A stretch of DNA of 64,000 nt from an uncultured Bacteroidales bacterium (GTDB lineage Bacteria; Bacteroidota; Bacteroidia; Bacteroidales; UBA4417), in assembly GCA_903946925.1 (NCBI GenBank), contig CAJAXK010000053.1, forward strand, positions 5,558 to 69,557, in the 5' to 3' direction. The notes beneath the pieces were generated by a model that saw only the letters and a program-made list of their open reading frames with translations, was not told the origin of the DNA and made no database searches. Shown piece after piece: positions 51,880 through 59,039 of the stretch (positions within the stretch are counted from its first letter, which is position 1; the number at the start of each line of letters is the position of its first letter). The translations under genes and the position numbers were made by a program.

Positions 51880-52362
51880 TTATTCCTTTATCCCCTCCAT
51901 GATCTTTGATCCAGGCTGGTTCAGCACTTTTGTCATGGATGTGCGGTTCCAATAGGCATGTTCGAAATTCTGTCCCATAACAATTGCATCCGATGGACAT
52001 GTTTTAACACACAAATTGCAAAAGGTACACATACTCAAATGGTAAATGTGCTGGTCGATAACCCGCTTTTTCTTGCCTTCTTCGTTTACAATGGATTTAG
52101 AAATTATTTCTATCGAGCCATTCGGACAGTTTATTTCGCAAATTCCACATCCTGTGCATTTATGCTCGTTGTTTTCGTTGTGCGGCATAATTACCTCACC
52201 ACGGAAACGCTCATACATAACAAGGGTATCGCGGTTTTCAGGATATTGCTGGGTGACATTTTTCCATGGAGTGAAAAAATACTTTGCAGTAACTTTCATA
52301 CCGGTTAGCAAGCTCCAGATTGCAGAGAATATTTCAGCTATATAAGCGAAGAATGATTTCAT
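51880..52362 (-). CDS. nuoI: NADH-quinone oxidoreductase subunit I
   Basis: Two 4Fe-4S motifs, CTGCGICEINCP and CTFCNLCVKTCP. Confidence 0.9.
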   Translation of the reverse strand: MKSFFAYIAEIFSAIWSLLTGMKVTAKYFFTPWKNVTQQYPENRDTLVMYERFRGEVIMPHNENNEHKCTGCGICEINCPNGSIEIISKSIVNEEGKKKRVIDQHIYHLSMCTFCNLCVKTCPSDAIVMGQNFEHAYWNRTSMTKVLNQPGSKIMEGIKE

Positions 52363-52487
52363 CTGTTATTATTTATTTTTTAGGGGTCAGATGTAATATG
52401 CCAGATTGATTATTTGCAACCTCCCGTTGGTGGTTTATACCAATCATGGCTATTTCATGTTTAGTTAATGTTATCAGGTTCAAAATT

Positions 52488-53576
52488 TTACCAATGCCAG
52501 CCCAATAAAACCATGGTTGCCATTAAAAGTATATTGAATAGGTTAATGGGTAAAAGATATTTCCATTCTAAGGTGAGTATTTGGTCAATCCTTAGGCGCG
52601 GGAAAGTCCATTTGAACCACATGATTAGAAATATTATCCCAAACACTTTCAAGAAAAACCAAATTAGTCCTGGAATGAAATCCATTACAGCATTGAACCC
52701 TTCGAAGTTTCCAAAATGGAAAGGCATCCAACCACCAAGGAAAACTATGGTAGCCATTGCTGCAACAATGAATAGGTTTATATATTCGGCCAAGAAAAAG
52801 AAAGCAAATTTAATACCCGAATATTCGGTGTGGAATCCGGCAGTGAGTTCCGATTCGGCTTCAGCAAGGTCGAAAGGCCCGCGATTGGTTTCGGCTGTTC
52901 CTGCTACAACAAAAACAAAAAATGCTATAATGGCTGGGATATGACCTTTAAACAAAAACCATCCTCCACGCTGCAATTCAACAATTTCCGAAATCTGCAT
53001 TGTGCCTGCCATAATTACCATGGTAATCAGCGACATCCCTACCGAAAGCTCGTAACTTACAATCTGTGCACCACTACGCATGCCGCCAATAAGCGAATAT
53101 TTGTTGTTGCTGGCCCATCCCGCAAGCAATACGCCAATTACCCCAACTGACGAAACTGCTGTTACAAAGAAAATACCTATGTCGAAATCAAGGGCTTGCA
53201 AACCAGGTGCAAAAGGTATTACTGAAATGGTAAGGAACGGAACAATGATTACAATAAATGGGGCAAGGTTATAAAGGAATTTGTCAACGCTTTTTGGGGT
53301 AATCAATTCTTTCATCAACAACTTTACAAAGTCGGCGATGGTTTGCAGCAAACCCCATGGACCTACCCTCATTGGGCCTAAACGCTGTTGGAATGCAGCG
53401 CAGACCTTCCGCTCGACATATACAAGCAAAAGCCCGAAAACTGCAATAAACAGTAGGAACAAAACACCGATAATAGTCCATTCAATAATCAGTGTAAGCA
53501 ATGGAGAAACGTTTTCAATCAATCCCTGATGAATGGATTGGGTGAGGGGTGTAAAATCGTATTTTTCGAATGCCAT
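52488..53576 (-). CDS. nuoH: NADH-quinone oxidoreductase subunit H
   Basis: 362 aa. [26 protein letters not shown] and [14 protein letters not shown] are NuoH/ND1 signatures. Confidence 0.92.
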   Translation of the reverse strand: MAFEKYDFTPLTQSIHQGLIENVSPLLTLIIEWTIIGVLFLLFIAVFGLLLVYVERKVCAAFQQRLGPMRVGPWGLLQTIADFVKLLMKELITPKSVDKFLYNLAPFIVIIVPFLTISVIPFAPGLQALDFDIGIFFVTAVSSVGVIGVLLAGWASNNKYSLIGGMRSGAQIVSYELSVGMSLITMVIMAGTMQISEIVELQRGGWFLFKGHIPAIIAFFVFVVAGTAETNRGPFDLAEAESELTAGFHTEYSGIKFAFFFLAEYINLFIVAAMATIVFLGGWMPFHFGNFEGFNAVMDFIPGLIWFFLKVFGIIFLIMWFKWTFPRLRIDQILTLEWKYLLPINLFNILLMATMVLLGWHW

Positions 53577-53692
53577 TCTTAAATGGTTTTATCAGATTTT
53601 TAACTAATTAGGTTTTTCAGCTACCTTTTGTGATCAATACTTCACTGAATTTTCTTTGATTGCTAATGTATTTTTTATATAGTTTTTCTCTA

Positions 53693-53745
53693 CCAATTCC
53701 CCTTACCATTTTCCATTAACTATTTTCCATTAACTAGTTCCCCTG
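53693..53745. repeat. CCATTAAC-family array in the nuoH-nuoD spacer
   Basis: ccaattccccttaccattttccattaactattttccattaactagttcc. Confidence 0.8.
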
Positions 53746-53752
53746 TAAGAAC

Positions 53753-54889
53753 CTACCGATCAATATCAGGAATTACAAGGTCGAATGTTGCCATAATGGC
53801 CACGAGGTCGGCTATTTTCCAGTTTTTAGCTATATGGTTTATCGTGAACAGGTTTGAGAAGCCTGGCGAACGGAATTTTACGCGATAGGGGTTTTTCTTT
53901 CCATCGCTCACAATATACACACCAAGCTCGCCACGGGCAGTTTCAACACGTTGATAAAATTCTCCTTCAGGAAGTTTAATCACACCTTTCATTTTCAAAG
54001 CGTAATCACCCTCAGGGATATTGTCAATCAGTTGCTCGATTATATGCAACGATTCCCACATCTCGTCCATCCTGAGTTTCCAGCGCATAAACGAATCGCC
54101 ATCGGTACCCAATTTTTCTTCAAATTTCACAAGCGGGTAGGCACTGTAAGGATGATGTTTGCGAACATCGCAGCTAAAGCCTGAAGCCCTGCCTGTTGGC
54201 CCGGTAACGCCAAATGCAATTGCATCTTCCTTTGATAAAACACCAACCCCTTTTGTACGGTTTTGGAAAATGATATTGCCGGTTAGCAATTTATCGTATT
54301 CGGGCAGTATTTTTTTGAATTTCGTGATGAAGGCTTTAACCTTGCGCTGGAAGTTGGGATGTATATCGAACATCACTCCGCCAGGTACGGTGTAATTTAA
54401 GGTCAAACGGGCACCACATGTTTCTTCAAAAATATCCAGAATATCCTCGCGGTCGCGCAAACCATAAAAGAAAGCGGTAAGCGCACCCAAATCCATCCCC
54501 GAGGCACACCACCATAATTGGTGCGAAGCCAAACGTTGAAGTTCATCAAAAATGGTACGGATATATTTTACTCGTTCCGGCACTTCGACCTGTAATGCGT
54601 TTTCCACACATAAACAAACTGCTTCATTGTTCATGTGCGCCGACAGATAGTCCATTCGGTCAGTGAGATGCGGAATCTGGGGATAGGTGAGCGACTCGGT
54701 CATTTTTTCGATCCCACTATGGATGTATCCAACATGAGGCTCAACATTATGAACGATTTCCCCTTCAAGTTTTACAAGCAACCTAAGAACGCCGTGCGTA
54801 CTTGGATGCTGTGGACCCATATTTACCAGATATTCATCAGTCTTGATCTGGTCGGTTGTGGATATGAATTTTTCAATGATTTCGGCCAT
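53753..54889 (-). CDS. nuoD: NADH-quinone oxidoreductase subunit D
   Basis: NMGPQHPSTHGVLRL near the N-terminus; C-terminal LVIPDIDR. Confidence 0.93.
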   Translation of the reverse strand: MAEIIEKFISTTDQIKTDEYLVNMGPQHPSTHGVLRLLVKLEGEIVHNVEPHVGYIHSGIEKMTESLTYPQIPHLTDRMDYLSAHMNNEAVCLCVENALQVEVPERVKYIRTIFDELQRLASHQLWWCASGMDLGALTAFFYGLRDREDILDIFEETCGARLTLNYTVPGGVMFDIHPNFQRKVKAFITKFKKILPEYDKLLTGNIIFQNRTKGVGVLSKEDAIAFGVTGPTGRASGFSCDVRKHHPYSAYPLVKFEEKLGTDGDSFMRWKLRMDEMWESLHIIEQLIDNIPEGDYALKMKGVIKLPEGEFYQRVETARGELGVYIVSDGKKNPYRVKFRSPGFSNLFTINHIAKNWKIADLVAIMATFDLVIPDIDR

Positions 54890-54891
54890 AA

Positions 54892-55347
54892 CTATCTTTC
54901 TACAACGTGGATATCATCGTGAAAATCTTTGCGGAGCGGGAACCCCCATGTATCATCAAGGAAAAGCCTGCGCAAATGTGGATGATTATTGAATTTGATC
55001 CCAAGCAAGTCGAATATCTCGTCCTCGTGAAATTCAGCAGTTGGCCAAATATCCGAAACCGTATCCAAAACTGTTGTTACCCTATCTTCGGTATTGGCTT
55101 TGACAACCAAATAATGTTTATGCTTAGTTGATTCGAGATGGTAAACAACCTGGATAAATGTAGGATAATCAACGCCAGATTGACAAAACAGATAATCGAA
55201 AGCCAAATTTGGATCCGATTTTAAGTTGAGCATAAAAGCGTGGAGCAATTCCTTGGGGACATTAATTTCAGGATACTGGTTGCCTTGTTTGGCTACAGCA
55301 TCTGGGTAGGCTTTTGAAAGGTGATCTATAAGTTGTTCGTTTGTCAT
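54892..55347 (-). CDS. nuoC: NADH-quinone oxidoreductase subunit C
   Basis: 151 aa. ...WPTAEFHEDEIFDLLGIKFNNHP..RRLFL matches the NuoC 30-kDa-subunit signature. Separate from nuoD. Confidence 0.88.
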   Translation of the reverse strand: MTNEQLIDHLSKAYPDAVAKQGNQYPEINVPKELLHAFMLNLKSDPNLAFDYLFCQSGVDYPTFIQVVYHLESTKHKHYLVVKANTEDRVTTVLDTVSDIWPTAEFHEDEIFDLLGIKFNNHPHLRRLFLDDTWGFPLRKDFHDDIHVVER

Positions 55348-55401
55348 GGCCTGAAATGTTTTCGGATTTTGCCTTTAAGGGTATTTCCCAAATGCGAACC
55401 C

Positions 55402-55938
55402 TTATTTAGCTAAACTTTTTTTAAAGTTCTTCTCCCTTTTTATCTTTTTCTGCAATTGCAGGAAGGCGTACAGCAATGCTTCCGGTCGTGGTGGGCAGCC
55501 TGGAACGTATATGTCAACAGGTATTACATGGTCGGCACCTTTAACTATTGCATAGGAATTATAAAAAAACGGCCCACCCGAAACTGCACATGCCCCCATG
55601 GCAATTACATACTTGGGGTCAGCAATTTGGTCGTACAATCGCTTTAGGACTGGAGCCATTTTATAATTGATGGAACCAGAAATTATGATCATGTCAGCCT
55701 GACGTGGGGTTGCCCTGGCGACTTCGTAACCAAACCGGGCCATATCGTGCCTCGAAGCACCAACAGCCATAAATTCGATTGCGCAGCACCGTGTACCGAA
55801 AGTCAATGGCCAAACCGAATTAGCCCTTGACCAGTTAACTAATGCATCTAATTGCGTGAGTATTATACTGCCCCCTTCGTATTGTTCCAATATAGGGAAG
55901 TCGTTTTTCTCGAATTCTTTCTTTGATGTTATTCCCAT
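55402..55938 (-). CDS. nuoB: NADH-quinone oxidoreductase subunit B
   Basis: Start taken at the ATG at 55938 (MGITSKK...); the track ORF is extended upstream over nuo[36 protein letters not shown]. Confidence 0.92.
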   Translation of the reverse strand: MGITSKKEFEKNDFPILEQYEGGSIILTQLDALVNWSRANSVWPLTFGTRCCAIEFMAVGASRHDMARFGYEVARATPRQADMIIISGSINYKMAPVLKRLYDQIADPKYVIAMGACAVSGGPFFYNSYAIVKGADHVIPVDIYVPGCPPRPEALLYAFLQLQKKIKREKNFKKSLAK

Positions 55939-56279
55939 TTCAATGCATGTTTTTTCCAGCCATATAAAAGGCCGAGACCTAAAATGAAGAAGAAGATGAG
56001 TATTTCGATGTAGCCTGTCATTCCTGCGGTTTTCATCACAACAGCCCAAGGAAACACAAACACTGTTTCCACATCGAAAATAAGGAAGATGATGGCAAAA
56101 AGGTAATAGCCCACGGTATATTGCAACCATGAACCGCCAATGGTCTCAATCCCACATTCGTAAGGCTCAAATTTGGCAGGGTTATACGATGTTGGTGGCA
56201 CAAAACTGGAAAAAAGCATCGCCCCTCCCACAAGTACCACAGCAACAATAAAAAAAAGTACTAATGCACTACTATCCAT
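55929..56279 (-). CDS. nuoA: NADH-quinone oxidoreductase subunit A
   Basis: 116 aa, three TM segments. [23 protein letters not shown]. Overlaps the nuoB start by 10 nt. Confidence 0.9.
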   Translation of the reverse strand: MDSSALVLFFIVAVVLVGGAMLFSSFVPPTSYNPAKFEPYECGIETIGGSWLQYTVGYYLFAIIFLIFDVETVFVFPWAVVMKTAGMTGYIEILIFFFILGLGLLYGWKKHALKWE

Positions 56280-56316
56280 AACATGGTTTTTTGTTGCGCG
56301 TTTATGTTTAAGGGGG

Positions 56317-56324
56317 CAAAAGTA
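56317..56324 (-). promoter_or_regulatory. Candidate -7 box TACTTTTG for the nuo operon
   Basis: The plus strand reads caaaagta, about 38 nt upstream of the nuoA ATG. Confidence 0.45.
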
Positions 56325-56523
56325 TTGAATTGTTATTATTATATATGTGATAAAACTGATACAAATCTTAATTTAGAAACACTCTAAATTAGTATTTACT
56401 AAAAATGATGGCCCTTTAAATGTTAAATGTTTGTAAATGTGTAAGAAAGCTATATTAAAGTTAGATAAGAATAAAATTATTTTTTCTAATTTTACCAAAA
56501 CTTTCAAATAAAAGTTATCAACC

Positions 56524-56880
56524 ATGAAAAAAATATTGTCAATAGTTGCCATGATAGCCGTTTTCTCTGTTTCGATGGCGGCTGCGCAGAAGAAAACGGA
56601 AGAGATAAAAATAAAAACTTCGGCCCAATGCGAAATGTGCAAAACGCGCATAGAAACTGCAATGGCTTACGAAAAAGGTGTGGTGAACTCCGATTTAAAC
56701 CTTGTTGATAAAGTACTGACCGTTACCTACAAGCCAGGAAAAACTACACCAGAAAAAATTCGCAAAGCAATAAATGCTGTTGGTTACGATGCCGATGAAA
56801 CACTGGCCGACCCAAAGGCTTATGCTGCCTTATCCCCATGTTGTAAAAAACCGGATGATCCTGATCATGTTGATCATTAA
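56524..56880 (+). CDS. Secreted heavy-metal-associated (HMA) domain protein
   Basis: Signal peptide, then SAQCEMCKTRIETAM (CxxC metal site) in a ferredoxin-like-length domain. C-terminal CC and His/Asp-rich tail. Confidence 0.7.
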   Translation: MKKILSIVAMIAVFSVSMAAAQKKTEEIKIKTSAQCEMCKTRIETAMAYEKGVVNSDLNLVDKVLTVTYKPGKTTPEKIRKAINAVGYDADETLADPKAYAALSPCCKKPDDPDHVDH

Positions 56881-56959
56881 GCAATGAAGTTTAATGAATT
56901 TTGTTGAAAAGTTTTGCAATCATGGTTTGATGATAAAAAATCAACTTCCCTTTGATTTA

Positions 56960-57109
56960 CTATTTCCCAATTCCCTTCATCCTTTCCTGTTAACCTGTTA
57001 TCGAGAACCTGTTCCCGATAACCATGTCCCGATAACTATCTCTCATTAACCATTTCCCAATAACTAACTCCCATTAACTATTCCTCGATAACCAATAACC
57101 AATAACCAA
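56960..57109. repeat. Degenerate C/A/T-rich array (CCCAAT, CGATAAC, CCATTAAC, CCAATAAC words)
   Basis: ...ttcccgataaccatgtcccgataactatctctcattaaccatttcccaataactaactcccattaactattcctcgataaccaataaccaataaccaat. It abuts the stop of the YhdH-like gene. Confidence 0.8.
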
Positions 57110-58114
57110 TTAGCTACATTTGTGCTCAACCACAACCCTACCAGTTATCCCTCCTTGAAGGATTTTTTCTATTTTATTTTGAAGTTGGTTTAAACCAACC
57201 ATGTCTATTTCGATAGAACTAAAATTTGGTTTCCAATCACCTGATAGTTTTGCCCACAATTCTTTTCTTACATTCATTGGAGTGGTTGCCGAGTTTACAC
57301 CCAATAGATTGACCCCATTTAATATAAATGGAAAAACGCTGGTGCTGAGTAGGGGAGAAGCCACATTGCCACAACATGCCAAGTTTCCATGGGTTTTTAG
57401 GGATTTTAAAACAGTGGCTAATGTGTTGCCTCCAACAGTGTCAATTGCTCCAGCCCATTGCGGGCGAAGGAGCATTTTTCCTGATTTATCATCAACAACA
57501 TCCCTTTCAACTATAGATTTTGCACCTAAGCGTTCCAAATATTCCTTTTTATCAGACTTTCCAGTCGAAGCGGTAACGTTGAAGCCTAATTTTGAAGCAA
57601 TTGCAACCGAAAGGCTGCCAACCCCGCCTGTTGCACCGGTAACGAGTAGTGTTCCGTCTTCAGGTTTCTGTCCGCTGCGGATTAGGTGGTGCATTGAAAG
57701 GGCAGCGGTAAAACCGGCGGTTCCTAAAATCATGCTTTCTTTGAGACTAAGTCCGGTTGGCAAGGAAACAACCCATTCTGCCGGGACATTTATATATTCG
57801 CCAAAACCGCCCATGGTACTCATCCCCAGATCGTAACCTGTAACAATTACCTCATCGTCGGGATTAAAATTTGTAGAATTGCTTTCGACAACGGTTCCTG
57901 CCGCATCAATTCCGGGAGTATGTGGATAGCGGCGGGTTACCCCTTTATTGCCTGAAGCTGATAAAGCATCTTTATAATTGAGGGATGAATAGGCAACCTT
58001 GATCAAAACCCCGTTTTGAGGCAGTTCGTCAGTGTTTCGCTGGATAATTTGGTTTTTGAAAGTCCCATCGGCTTCTTCAGTAACCCAATAGGCATTGAAA
58101 AGTATGTTCTTCAT
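57110..58114 (-). CDS. YhdH/AcuI-family NADPH:quinone / acrylyl-CoA reductase (MDR superfamily)
   Basis: SSLNYKDALSASGNKGVTRRYPHTPGIDAAGTV and VTGATGGVGS. Confidence 0.8.
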   Translation of the reverse strand: MKNILFNAYWVTEEADGTFKNQIIQRNTDELPQNGVLIKVAYSSLNYKDALSASGNKGVTRRYPHTPGIDAAGTVVESNSTNFNPDDEVIVTGYDLGMSTMGGFGEYINVPAEWVVSLPTGLSLKESMILGTAGFTAALSMHHLIRSGQKPEDGTLLVTGATGGVGSLSVAIASKLGFNVTASTGKSDKKEYLERLGAKSIVERDVVDDKSGKMLLRPQWAGAIDTVGGNTLATVLKSLKTHGNLACCGNVASPLLSTSVFPFILNGVNLLGVNSATTPMNVRKELWAKLSGDWKPNFSSIEIDMVGLNQLQNKIEKILQGGITGRVVVEHKCS

Positions 58115-58206
58115 AGAAGGTTAATTTGAAAATGTTGCCCTAAAGCTGAACAGTAAAGGATAACAAGCAAGATTTTTTAGAAATCCATATAAAATCAAAA
58201 TAGTAT

Positions 58207-58278
58207 TCCCCAATCCCCAATCCAACATCTGACATCCAACATCTAACATCCGCCATCCAACATCCCACATCCCACATC
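58207..58278. repeat. Heptamer array NNNCATC/CCAATCC (reverse orientation of the GGATNNN family), abutting the smpB stop
   Basis: ccccaat ccccaat ccaacat ctgacat ccaacat ctaacat ccgccat ccaacat cccacat cccacat. Confidence 0.9.
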
Positions 58279-58728
58279 CTAATCCTCATGTCGCCTGTCC
58301 ATTTCCCGTTTATTATCCTTCGTTTTCAGGGTTTCGCGCTTGTCGTACATTTTCTTTCCTTTTGCAATGGATATTGTAACCTTGCAAAAACCTTTATCGT
58401 TGATAAACATTTCGAGGGGAACAATGGTAAGACCTTTTTCGCGGGTTTTACCAATTATTTTTTTTAGTTCGCGGCGGTTGAGTAAAAGTTTTCGTGCCCG
58501 TTTGGCGATATGGTTAAACTGATTCCCGAATTTATATTCCGAAATATGCGCATTTAGCAGATAAAGTTCATCGCCTTCGAAAGCGCAGTAGCTATCGGTA
58601 AGGTTTACTTTGCCTTCGCGGACTGATTTAATTTCAGTACCAAGTAGTATTATGCCAGCCGTAAACTGCTCAACGAGAAAATACTCGAAGCCAGCCTTTT
58701 TGTTCTTTATGGTGATAATGTTTGCCAT
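58279..58728 (-). CDS. smpB: SsrA-binding protein
   Basis: Start at the ATG at 58728 (MANIITIKNKKAGFEYFL..GTEIKSVREGKVNL); the track ORF runs on through the repeat array. Confidence 0.9.
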   Translation of the reverse strand: MANIITIKNKKAGFEYFLVEQFTAGIILLGTEIKSVREGKVNLTDSYCAFEGDELYLLNAHISEYKFGNQFNHIAKRARKLLLNRRELKKIIGKTREKGLTIVPLEMFINDKGFCKVTISIAKGKKMYDKRETLKTKDNKREMDRRHED

Positions 58729-58735
58729 GATGGCG

Positions 58736-58743
58736 CAAAGGTA
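58736..58743 (-). promoter_or_regulatory. Candidate -7 box TACCTTTG only 7 nt upstream of the smpB ATG
   Basis: The plus strand reads caaaggta at 58736-58743; the ATG complement is at 58726-58728. Confidence 0.35.
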
Positions 58744-58744
58744 G

Positions 58745-59039
58745 GAAATTAACGATTTCGGATTGGGGATTTCGGATTGGGGATTTTGGATTTTGGATTT
58801 TGGATTTCGGATGTGGGAAGTTTGATGTGGGATGTTGGATGTTGGATTTTGGATGTTGGATTTTGGATGTTGGATTTTGGATTTTGGATTTTGGATTTGG
58901 GAAGTTGGATGTGGGAAGTTGGATTTGGGATGTTGGATTTGGGATTGCCTAAACCCATAAACCCATAAACGCCTCAACCTATAACCCCATCAACCTATCA
59001 ACCCCTCAACCCCTCAACCTATAAACCCATCAACCCCAA
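58745..59039. repeat. Heptamer array GGATNNN (58745-58958) joined to octamer array NNTNAACC (58959-59039)
   Basis: ggatttc ggattgg ggatttt ... ggatgtt ggatttg, then cctaaacc cataaacc ... cctcaacc catcaacc. It fills the whole spacer from the TonB-receptor stop to the smpB promoter. Confidence 0.9.

Noticed and set aside
58749-58977. N-terminal 83-aa extension of smpB and ORFs 58749-58958 / 58777-58968
   Set aside because: These are heptamer-array translations. SmpB homology begins at MANIITIKNKK (ATG at 58728), and a -7 box lies between the two.
3201-59039. CRISPR array interpretation of the short-unit arrays
   Set aside because: Units are 7-16 bp and directly abutting, with no unique spacers of 25-40 bp. 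No leader/repeat/spacer organisation exists and there are no cas genes in the window.
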